From assembly GCA_964462925.1 (NCBI GenBank), contig CAYWZU010000005.1, positions 18,171-82,170 on the forward strand: a stretch of DNA of 64,000 bases, written 5' to 3'. The stretch is from an uncultured bacterium. Lineage in GTDB: Bacteria; Chlamydiota; Chlamydiia; Chlamydiales; FEN-1388. The notes beneath the pieces are model-generated. The model saw only the letters and a program-made list of their open reading frames with translations, made no database searches and was not told the DNA's origin. The translations under genes and the position numbers were made by a program. Shown one piece after another: positions 1 to 8,078 of this stretch. Position 1 is the first letter of the stretch, and every line of letters begins with the position of its first letter.

Positions 1-551
1 ACAAAGAATATGACGTAAAAATCGCTGAAAGTAATGTGCAGAATGCAAAGATGCAGCTTGAAAGCGCACAAAATGATCTGAGGCTTACAAAAACCTATGC
101 CCCAAAGGAGTGCGTAGTCTTAAAAATGGACCTTAGAAAAGGCGAATACGCGGGAACGTATACAGAATCTGCAACAAGCCAAAATGATGCGCCAATTGTA
201 CTTGGAAGATGCGATAAGCTTCAGGTACGGGCAGATATCGACGAATACAATGCCTTTCGCATTAGAGACAATCAACAGGCAGTTGCCTACACAAAAGGCG
301 TAGCTCAAGTCCCATTGCCGCTCACCTTTATGCGTTTTGAGCCTTACTGCGTGCCCAAAAAATCTCTTACAGCAGCTGCAGACGAGAGAGTTGACACTAG
401 GGTTTTACAGGTGATCTATTCTTTTGATGTAGTTAAAGATTTTCCTATTTACGTCGGTCAACAAGTAGATATTTTTATTAATGCCCCTCTCGTGCTACAC
501 AGTAAAGAGACGCACGAAGAAGCCAAAAAATATGGGATAGATTTGCGATGA
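1..551 (+). CDS. HlyD-family efflux periplasmic adaptor (membrane fusion protein), 3' part; the 5' end lies left of the window
   Basis: Frame 3 is open from nt 3. It encodes a KEYDVKIAESNVQNAKMQLESAQNDL coiled-coil hairpin and then a beta-barrel-like C-terminus, ending at TGA 549-551. An ATGA overlap links it to the downstream outer-membrane factor gene. Confidence 0.75.
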   Translation, partial: KEYDVKIAESNVQNAKMQLESAQNDLRLTKTYAPKECVVLKMDLRKGEYAGTYTESATSQNDAPIVLGRCDKLQVRADIDEYNAFRIRDNQQAVAYTKGVAQVPLPLTFMRFEPYCVPKKSLTAAADERVDTRVLQVIYSFDVVKDFPIYVGQQVDIFINAPLVLHSKETHEEAKKYGIDLR

Positions 552-2158
552 AACGTATTTCTCTACTAAGTCTCGCTCTTGCAACATCCTGTATACAGCG
601 CTACAATCCTCCACCAGTACAAACCCCCAAAGTTGAAAGCTGGAAAACCCCTGCAGAAGAAGCAAAGGTCTATTCCGACTGCCCAGAACCTGAACAGATC
701 CTCCAGGAAGCTGCATTTCATCCCTGGTGGAAAATTTATAACGACCCGACACTTACCGAGCTCGAGTATCAAGCTATAAAGGAAAGCCCCAAAGTACAAT
801 CTGCTATCGCTCGTTTAGAAGCTGCCATGGCCTACTATGGTATTGAAAGGTCCTACATGTTTCCACAGGTTAGCCTTCAGGTTACCGCACTGAGGGAACG
901 GCTTTCTCAGACTCAACCCTTTTCGAATGCCACTCAAACAACTACCTCAATGAGCCCAGCAGGAGGAACAGTAGGGCTTGGACCTGGTTCTACATCATCA
1001 ATAACCGCTCCCGCTGACCCATGTGTCATTTGTCCACCTGCTCCTCCTCCAATGTGCGCCTGTCCTCCACCTGTGACACCAAAAGTAACAAAACCATCAC
1101 CTCTTGTCACATCTCTTGGAGTTTTACCCGTACTTACCTACGACCTTGATTTTTGGGGCAAAAACTGGCAAGCAATGCAGTCTGCGATGGAGCAGGTAAA
1201 GGCAGAGCAAGAAGATGTACAAAACACCCTTCTACAACTCACAACTCAAGTTGCAGACTCCTATCTCCAGGTTAGAACTTATGACAGGGAAATCAACATT
1301 CTTGAGGAGACCCTTGCAACGCGCCAACATAGCTACGACCTCAATAGATCTCAGTTTTCAGCAGGCATTATCAATGATCTTGCTGTGGAGCAGGCAATGT
1401 CTGATTTACAGAGCGTTGCTGCCGAAATCGAAAACACAAAGCGCCTTCGCGCACTCGAAGAGCATCGCCTCGCAGAACTTGTAGGTATGCCAGCATCACA
1501 CTTTACGCTTGCTGTTAGCTTAGATCTTCCCTATCTTCCCGCAATTCGACCAGGCCTTCCTGCTCAAATGCTAGAAAGAAGGCCAGATATTCGCCAGGCC
1601 CGCGCTTTAATAGAAGCTTCAAGGCTAACAGTAGGTGTTGCAAAAACGGCATACTTTCCAGATTTCACCATAACACTTGACTATGGATTTCTTTCAAATT
1701 CTGCAAATAAATTATTTAAATGGAAAAGCAGAACTTGGCTTGCCGCCATTGAAGCGACAATGCCCCTCTTCACAGCCGGCAGGATAGAAAGCCAAATTGA
1801 GCAGGCTATCGCCCAATATAAACAATCTGTTGCAACTTATCTAGATACAGTACTTATAGCATTTCAGCAGGTAGAAGATGCCCTCTATTCGATTGACGCT
1901 ACCAAAAAACAGCTTGAGCATCTGCGCCTTGATGTACAGGCCTCAAAAAAAGCTTATGACATCGCAGAGAAGCGCTATCGCATGGGACTTGAGACCTATT
2001 TGACTGTCGTAAACACTGAAAGAACCCTCCTAGATGCCCAGAGAGTAGAAATTCAGGTGACAAGAGCTCAATTTTCTAATATAATATCCCTAATAAATAG
2101 TTTAGGGGGTTATTGGGACAATGAACATAAAGAGCATCTATCTACTCTTACTCATTAA
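548..2158 (+). CDS. Efflux outer-membrane factor lipoprotein (NodT/TolC family) with an enlarged Pro/Cys-rich loop
   Basis: 536 aa with lipobox LALATSC. It has two TolC-type repeats with YDLDFWGKN and FPDFTITLDYGF...FTAGRIESQIEQA motifs. It is start/stop coupled to the adaptor gene. Confidence 0.85.
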   Translation: MKRISLLSLALATSCIQRYNPPPVQTPKVESWKTPAEEAKVYSDCPEPEQILQEAAFHPWWKIYNDPTLTELEYQAIKESPKVQSAIARLEAAMAYYGIERSYMFPQVSLQVTALRERLSQTQPFSNATQTTTSMSPAGGTVGLGPGSTSSITAPADPCVICPPAPPPMCACPPPVTPKVTKPSPLVTSLGVLPVLTYDLDFWGKNWQAMQSAMEQVKAEQEDVQNTLLQLTTQVADSYLQVRTYDREINILEETLATRQHSYDLNRSQFSAGIINDLAVEQAMSDLQSVAAEIENTKRLRALEEHRLAELVGMPASHFTLAVSLDLPYLPAIRPGLPAQMLERRPDIRQARALIEASRLTVGVAKTAYFPDFTITLDYGFLSNSANKLFKWKSRTWLAAIEATMPLFTAGRIESQIEQAIAQYKQSVATYLDTVLIAFQQVEDALYSIDATKKQLEHLRLDVQASKKAYDIAEKRYRMGLETYLTVVNTERTLLDAQRVEIQVTRAQFSNIISLINSLGGYWDNEHKEHLSTLTH

Positions 2159-3395
2159 TTGCAGCATAATAACATCGTGTGCAAAAAACCCAGTTACCGG
2201 CCAAAGTGAGCTGCGGCTCGTGTCAGAAAATCAAGAGCGTCAAATTGGTGATGAAGCCTATAAAAAGGCTCAGCAAGCCCAAGGCGGCGCCTACATTTTA
2301 GATCCAAAACTAACAAGCTATGTCGCATCTGTTGGAAACCGCATAGCAAAAGAGAGTGCAAGGCCTACTCTCTCTTTTGAATTTGTCATTCTCAATGATT
2401 CAACCCCTAATGCTTGGGCACTTCCCGGAGGAAAAATAGCTATCAATCGGGGCCTTCTTACAGAGCTTCAATCAGAAGCTGAGCTTGCCGCAGTGCTTGG
2501 CCATGAGATTGTACACGCAGCAGCGCGTCACGGCGCAAAAGGCATTGAGCGCGGAATGCTTTTGCAAGGCGGCATCTTAGCCCTAGGCGTAGCATCGCAA
2601 AACAGCCGCTACAACGACATCCTGATCGATTCAGCAAGTATTGGCGCATCTCTTGTAATGAGCAAATACAGCAGACATCAGGAATTAGAATCTGACCGCT
2701 TCGGCATGATGTACATGGCAAAAGCAGGCTATAACCCAGAAGCTGCGATTCGTCTTCAAGAGCTTTTTCTAAAACTCTCTGAAGGAAAAAATGACTGGGG
2801 CGGCGGCCTTTTTGCAAGCCACCCTCCAAGCCAAGAGAGAATAGATGCTAATAAAAAAACGCTTTTAGAAATTACTGAAGGCCGTGAATTTTTTGAAGGA
2901 AGAGATGAGTATAAGCAAGCTATCTCGTCCCTTTTAACCCAAAAAGAAAGCTACAGCATATATGACGAGGGAAATAAAGCACTGAAGAAAAAGCGCTATG
3001 ATCTTGCTCGCCAATTTGCAGATAAAGCGATAGCAATCCATAAAGACGAGGCTCTTTTTTACCACCTTAAAGGCAAAGCATATCTTGCAGAGAAAAAGCC
3101 TGAAGAAGCATTAGAGCATTTCTCAAAAGCAATCGAGCTCAATCCTGACTTTTTTGAATTCTACCTTAAGCGCGCAGAGTGCAGAAAGCTCCTTGGAGAC
3201 CTTAAAGGCTCCCAAAGCGATGCAAAAATGAGTGCGGGCCTTCTGCCCACAGGAGAAGCCCACGAATTGCTTGGCCGCCTTGCGCTCCAAGCGAAAGACA
3301 AAAAAAGAGCGATCTATCACTTCCAAATTGCAAGCAATGCCCAGTCACCTGCAGGTGCTCGTGCTCGAAGCTTCATGAAGCAAATTGGGGGCTAA
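2121..3395 (+). CDS. M48-family zinc metallopeptidase lipoprotein with C-terminal TPR domain (BepA/YcaL-like)
   Basis: 424 aa with lipobox IITSC. It has HEIVHAAARH (HExxH) and a downstream ELESDRFGMMYMAKAGYNP block. TPR-like repeats follow (ALFYHLKGKAYLAEKKPEEALEHFSKAIELNPDF). It overlaps the 3' end of the OMF gene by 38 nt. Confidence 0.85.
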   Translation: MNIKSIYLLLLINCSIITSCAKNPVTGQSELRLVSENQERQIGDEAYKKAQQAQGGAYILDPKLTSYVASVGNRIAKESARPTLSFEFVILNDSTPNAWALPGGKIAINRGLLTELQSEAELAAVLGHEIVHAAARHGAKGIERGMLLQGGILALGVASQNSRYNDILIDSASIGASLVMSKYSRHQELESDRFGMMYMAKAGYNPEAAIRLQELFLKLSEGKNDWGGGLFASHPPSQERIDANKKTLLEITEGREFFEGRDEYKQAISSLLTQKESYSIYDEGNKALKKKRYDLARQFADKAIAIHKDEALFYHLKGKAYLAEKKPEEALEHFSKAIELNPDFFEFYLKRAECRKLLGDLKGSQSDAKMSAGLLPTGEAHELLGRLALQAKDKKRAIYHFQIASNAQSPAGARARSFMKQIGG

Positions 3396-3400
3396 TTTTC

Positions 3401-3506
3401 ACCACAGAGACACTGAGACACGAGAGAAAGAAGAGAGAGAAATAATAAAAACAGCTCTCCTTTGCTCAAATCTCTGAACAGTATCACTGCCTCAGTATCT
3501 CTGTAG
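3401..3506 (+). repeat. Dispersed palindromic GA/TC-rich intergenic element, copy A
   Basis: The sequence is ACCACAGAGACACTGAGACACGAGAGAAAGAAGAGAGAGAAATAAT...CTCAAATCTCTGAAC...CACTGCCTCAGTATCTCTGTAG. The outer arms are imperfect reverse complements. It begins 5 nt after the stop codon of the M48 gene and shares its core with copies at 13857 and 35684. Confidence 0.75.
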
Positions 3507-3559
3507 TAAAAGTTCCTCATCCTTGACCTCAAAGATTCTCGCTTCTATACTCCTTCCCC

Positions 3560-5227
3560 ATGCAGCTCGTTTTTGATTTTGTACAGAGATTTTGGGGCCC
3601 TCGATATTCGGTTGAAAATATCCCGGATCAAGACGATCAGCTCCTTGCCTACATTCGCTCCTTAAACACTCATGATGCAGTGAAGAGCCTATCTCTTAAG
3701 GCAAAAGCTATTCCTACAGATTCGATTAATCCTCTTGAGCTTGCGGAATCTGCTAAATCGCAGCTTGAGCTAGCACGCTACTACCTTGCAGAAACTGAGG
3801 ATGCTAAGGTACCCTTTTCTTTAAAGGCCTCGCTTCACACATTTATTGAAAATGCACTCTCCGTTTGTGATAGCTTTATCTCATTTTTTAATATTACCAC
3901 TTTTTTCGGCGGCGAAGCAGACCAAAAACTCTACAAGATTACTGCCCTCTTAAGTTCTCTTGGGATGTTTGTACCTATGCTTCTAGAGGTCATTGACAGC
4001 TCAATCGTCCATATGATCCTCGCTGGTTTTGTTCTCCTTGTCGGAGCTGCAACGTTTATTTACCCCCATTTTTCATTAAAGCCTGCTCAAATTCCCTATG
4101 GTGAAAATTATACACAAAAGTATCGCCTTGGCGAACTTCCTATCGAACGAGGCAGAGAGCATTACATTGAAAAAATGGCAGCAATACTAAGCCGAGATCT
4201 GCGCCCAAAGCATGTGCTTCTCTATGGCCAGCCAGGGATCGGCAAAAATGAACTTGCTAAGTCATTTGTTCATGCAATAGAGGCAAATAAGATTCCAGGT
4301 TTTACCGGAAAGACTGTTATCTACATAAACGCTGCCGAATTCGTAAAAATGGCAAATCCCCCAGAGGGAAATCCATTTTGGGACATCTACAATGCAATGG
4401 GACGCCACAAAGAAGGTTTTGTTCTTATTCTAGATGAAATCCATACTGTTGTCACTGGCAAAGCAAAAGAAATCGCAAATAAACTTCTTAGCTACCTCAA
4501 TAGCTCCTCAGATGGCTTTTCTGCAGTTATCGCAATCGCTACGGAAAAGAAATTTGCAAAGATGAAAAAAGTAAATGAAGCCCTCGTGAATCGCTTTGAG
4601 CCCGTAAAAATCGAAAATACGCCAAAGGAAGAGACTATCTCTATACTTGACCGCGCTCTTCTCCATAGGCGACATCGACCATCTTTAGAAAAAGGTGCAG
4701 AAACTATAGATGAGCTCTATAATAAAGTGGCGGCTGCCTTTCCTGATCGAGCAGAGCCCGCAATGGCAATAAAGATTCTCAGAAGCTGCATACAAAAAAC
4801 ATCTCTTAATCAAAAGATCGCTTTAGAACAAGAAATTGAGCAGGTAAAAACAAAACTTGCAGCAAGCCTTGCAAGCAGAACACTTAATCAAATTAGCGGC
4901 ATCGGCACCCCAGGAAATAGCGATGATCTCCAGCTTAAACTTGGCGTGCTTAAGAGCAAACTAGATGAGCATAAAGAAGCTCTAAAAAGCCTTTTTCACA
5001 TAAAAGATCTCTTAGATGCAGTCCAGAGCAAGCTCTACAGAACGATCGCCAAGACTCAAACAGTCTCAAATTTAAAAAAATTCAAGTATTTTTCTCATCT
5101 AACTCACTACCTGCAGCAAGCTCTAATTAGGGAAGGCCAGGTAGCAGAAGAAAACTATCAGATTCGAACCACAATAACTTCTCAGCTTATTGAAGAAGCT
5201 ATTGCAGAAGAACTCGCTCACTCATAA
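3560..5227 (+). CDS. Membrane-anchored AAA+ ATPase with a Clp (ClpA/ClpB D1)-like module and a C-terminal coiled coil
   Basis: 555 aa. Two adjacent hydrophobic segments lie at aa 125-171. Walker A is GQPGIGKN (aa 223-230) and Walker B is FVLILDEIH. ALVNRFEPVKIENTPKEETISILDRAL resembles ClpB [26 protein letters not shown]. The tail is heptad-rich. Confidence 0.7.
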   Translation: MQLVFDFVQRFWGPRYSVENIPDQDDQLLAYIRSLNTHDAVKSLSLKAKAIPTDSINPLELAESAKSQLELARYYLAETEDAKVPFSLKASLHTFIENALSVCDSFISFFNITTFFGGEADQKLYKITALLSSLGMFVPMLLEVIDSSIVHMILAGFVLLVGAATFIYPHFSLKPAQIPYGENYTQKYRLGELPIERGREHYIEKMAAILSRDLRPKHVLLYGQPGIGKNELAKSFVHAIEANKIPGFTGKTVIYINAAEFVKMANPPEGNPFWDIYNAMGRHKEGFVLILDEIHTVVTGKAKEIANKLLSYLNSSSDGFSAVIAIATEKKFAKMKKVNEALVNRFEPVKIENTPKEETISILDRALLHRRHRPSLEKGAETIDELYNKVAAAFPDRAEPAMAIKILRSCIQKTSLNQKIALEQEIEQVKTKLAASLASRTLNQISGIGTPGNSDDLQLKLGVLKSKLDEHKEALKSLFHIKDLLDAVQSKLYRTIAKTQTVSNLKKFKYFSHLTHYLQQALIREGQVAEENYQIRTTITSQLIEEAIAEELAHS

Positions 5228-5248
5228 TAAAAACAAGGATTGCTCCCT

Positions 5249-6991
5249 ATGACAGTTGCAGCAACAAACGGCACACAAAAACTCTTTCAACCTCCGTCAT
5301 ATACAGAATTTAAATGTAAATTCGATTTCAGTGAAACCTCAACTGAAATGAGCCATCCTATTACAGAGCATCTGAGCGAAGTTATGGAAGAATCAGTCAT
5401 AGAAGGAATGGAGCTGCTTTTGCAAGTAGATGAAATGGTCTTGGAAGGCTATGGGCAGTTTATCCCTAAAATTGAGGCCTTAAGCTCATCGCTTGCAGAA
5501 AAGATTAGTCGAGGAGGCCGCATTTTCTTAATTGGCTCTGGCTCTAGCGGCCGCGTCGGCATTGTCACTTCAAAGCTTTGTAAATCCCTCTTTAACGACC
5601 TCGCAGATGTAATCAAAGGCGTACTTTCCGGCGGCGACTCAGTGATGATAAAGCCAAGAGAAAATTATGAAGATAATGATAAAGCAGGTGAAAAAGCCTT
5701 CGATGACTATAATCTTGGGCCGAGTGATACCGTTTTTCTAATCTCTGCAAGCGGCTCTGCCACATTCAATGCAGGTGCAGGCCATGCAGCGGCAAATGCT
5801 GGAGCTGAAGTATTCTATTTTTATAACAGCAAATCCGTTCCAGACTCTACACAAAAGCTTTTCACTCGCCAAAAAAACCCAATAACACCTCTTTGTATTG
5901 ATATAGGCCCTCAAGCTATCGCCGGTTCAACAAGGTTGCAAGCTGCAACTCTTGCAAATGCGGCGCTTGGGGCGCTTTTTGCAGCTACTCTCTATAAAGC
6001 AGATAAGAATTTTGAGCGTGCAAGCAGCTTTCCTATAGAGCTTCTTAACCACATGAAAGAAGGTTTTGGCATTATAAGGAAAAACCTTTCTACCATTGCG
6101 GAAATTGTTTCATTAGAAAAAACGATCTTTTCTCATCCCCTGTCAAACTTTAGCGTACGCCCTGGAAATCCAAAGGCAAAAGTAGGCTACGTGACCTTTA
6201 TAGCCGAAGAAAATACCATTCAGACGGTCTTTATAGATGCGACAGAATCATCCCCTACATTCTCACTTCCACCTATGCTGAGAGAAGATGAAGCTAATAG
6301 ACTTCTGCCAACCTACGCTGCCTATATTGCTGGTGCACGAGACAATGTAGATGCCTGGGAAAAGCTCCTTGGACGCAAAGTAAGCAAAGATGATCTGCAA
6401 TATACTGAAAGTTTTCTTCTAGCAAAATCAGCTCAAGGAAACTATTCGTGGGATAACCGACCAACTGCTGAGGGCAATCTTGTATTTGGAGTAGTAAAAA
6501 TAACGAAAGACAAAAATACTCTTCCTGCCATTACAGGCCCTCTTCTCACAGCAAAGCGATTAGGTGCAAAAACATGCCTTATTATTCTATCACAGGAGCC
6601 CCTCCATGAGGAGGACAGAATCTCTATAAACTCCTACTGTGATGCACTTGTTTGCCTTGATAATCTTCCGAAAGAATGGACCCCATTTTCTGAAACAATA
6701 CTCCTTAAACAGATCCTCAATCTTATCTCCAATAGCGCTATGACACTTATGGGCAGGGTAGAGGGCAACCTCATGACAGCTGTGAGAGCAGCTAATAACA
6801 AATTAATTGCTCGTGTTATGACCCTTATCAAAAAACGTTGGGAAAAAGAGAAATCGACTCCATTTCCACGGACCGATGATGAGCTCTTTCATCTGATACA
6901 TAAGCGCATGGAAGAGAAGAAAAACGACGTACATGACACAAAACCAATTGTCAAAGACATCTTTGAGCGATTAGAGACAAAAATGAAGTAG
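5249..6991 (+). CDS. Double-SIS-domain protein of the MurQ etherase / glucokinase-regulatory-protein (GCKR) family
   Basis: About 580 aa. It has GGRIFLIGSGSSGRVG, LSGGDSVMIKPRENYEDND...DTVFLISASGSATF and IAGSTRLQAATLANAALG, matching the MurQ motifs IAGG..E.AED, ISASGRTP and GSTRMK.GTAQK. The ATG at 5249 lies 9 nt after AAGGA; the ORF-track TTG at 5240 is less likely. Confidence 0.7.
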   Translation: MTVAATNGTQKLFQPPSYTEFKCKFDFSETSTEMSHPITEHLSEVMEESVIEGMELLLQVDEMVLEGYGQFIPKIEALSSSLAEKISRGGRIFLIGSGSSGRVGIVTSKLCKSLFNDLADVIKGVLSGGDSVMIKPRENYEDNDKAGEKAFDDYNLGPSDTVFLISASGSATFNAGAGHAAANAGAEVFYFYNSKSVPDSTQKLFTRQKNPITPLCIDIGPQAIAGSTRLQAATLANAALGALFAATLYKADKNFERASSFPIELLNHMKEGFGIIRKNLSTIAEIVSLEKTIFSHPLSNFSVRPGNPKAKVGYVTFIAEENTIQTVFIDATESSPTFSLPPMLREDEANRLLPTYAAYIAGARDNVDAWEKLLGRKVSKDDLQYTESFLLAKSAQGNYSWDNRPTAEGNLVFGVVKITKDKNTLPAITGPLLTAKRLGAKTCLIILSQEPLHEEDRISINSYCDALVCLDNLPKEWTPFSETILLKQILNLISNSAMTLMGRVEGNLMTAVRAANNKLIARVMTLIKKRWEKEKSTPFPRTDDELFHLIHKRMEEKKNDVHDTKPIVKDIFERLETKMK

Positions 6992-7043
6992 AAATTAATA
7001 CCTTCTCGGCGTAGGCTGATTCAAAAAGAAGTAAGGTTTTACT

Positions 7044-8036
7044 ATGTCACCAGAGCTTACCAAAATTGTTTCTGCATGTACTGATTTAGATCCTGAGATA
7101 AAGAGCATCAATGGAGCATATGAGACAATTGATAAACGGGCCTGGTGGCAAAATGCGCTTGGATTTCTCGTCCACATTATCACGTGCGGGCTTATTGCAA
7201 AAAACCCAGAGCTTGATCGCACAACCAAAAAGATCACCCTTATCACAAAAGATTTCTTTAGATCTAACCTTCAGCCACAACTAGAGCAAGTGCGACAAGT
7301 GCATACTATGCTTTGCAAGTTAGAAAAAATAATTTGCCAAAATCAGGGATCGAAGTATTCCGAAGTGCACAGTCTTGCGATTCATAGCTTTCGCATCTTA
7401 CAGGGCGAAGATGTCGAGCCAATTGAGGCTGATCCAAAAGAACATTTGAGCTCTCTCGTTAGGAGATCTGCAGATCTTGCGAAAATTGCCGGCAAAGTAA
7501 AAGAACTTATCAGCAAATCAAGCTATGATGAGCTCATTTCAGGATTCTCTGAAGTAAAAACTAGCGAAGATCGATTTCTAGAGCTTCTCTATGCTGCACT
7601 TCACTATAGTCCTTCATCGGAGTGGTCGGTAAACCTCATGCAAGATATAAGCTGGCCTTCAGAAGATATGAAGCTGGCAACGCTCGAGAGCTATCTTCAA
7701 GATTCAAATAGTCTTAGCCCGCCAGCTATTACTACACTGATCAAAAAGTGGCAAATACCTCCCCAAGGCAAATGGCTCTCGGAGCAAGATCTTGAAAATT
7801 CCCAAAAAATTCAAAAAATGATTCAAAAGAGGATTGACTTGCTCTTTCTTTACGAAGATTATGAAGAGCTCTGTGCTACCTTCAGCCTAATTGTAAATGA
7901 TGAACTAAAATTTGCAAACCTTATAGGCCTACTCAAAATAAACGATATGGCTGCTTTTATTAAAATCATTCCGCTTTTACAAACAATTGATTGGCCATCA
8001 GAGGAGCTTAAGGCAACCTTGCTTTCTATTGAATAA
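7044..8036 (+). CDS. Hypothetical protein, WPSxExK-repeat family, paralogue 1
   Basis: 330 aa. Its N-terminus is shared with the next gene (KRAWWQNALGFLVHIITCGLIAKNPELDRTTKKI). It carries two copies of a roughly 55-aa module ending in SWPSEDMK and DWPSEELK. Confidence 0.7.
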   Translation: MSPELTKIVSACTDLDPEIKSINGAYETIDKRAWWQNALGFLVHIITCGLIAKNPELDRTTKKITLITKDFFRSNLQPQLEQVRQVHTMLCKLEKIICQNQGSKYSEVHSLAIHSFRILQGEDVEPIEADPKEHLSSLVRRSADLAKIAGKVKELISKSSYDELISGFSEVKTSEDRFLELLYAALHYSPSSEWSVNLMQDISWPSEDMKLATLESYLQDSNSLSPPAITTLIKKWQIPPQGKWLSEQDLENSQKIQKMIQKRIDLLFLYEDYEELCATFSLIVNDELKFANLIGLLKINDMAAFIKIIPLLQTIDWPSEELKATLLSIE

Positions 8037-8078
8037 AATGACATACTATTTTTGCTTTAAAGTAAAAAAAGGAATTCT

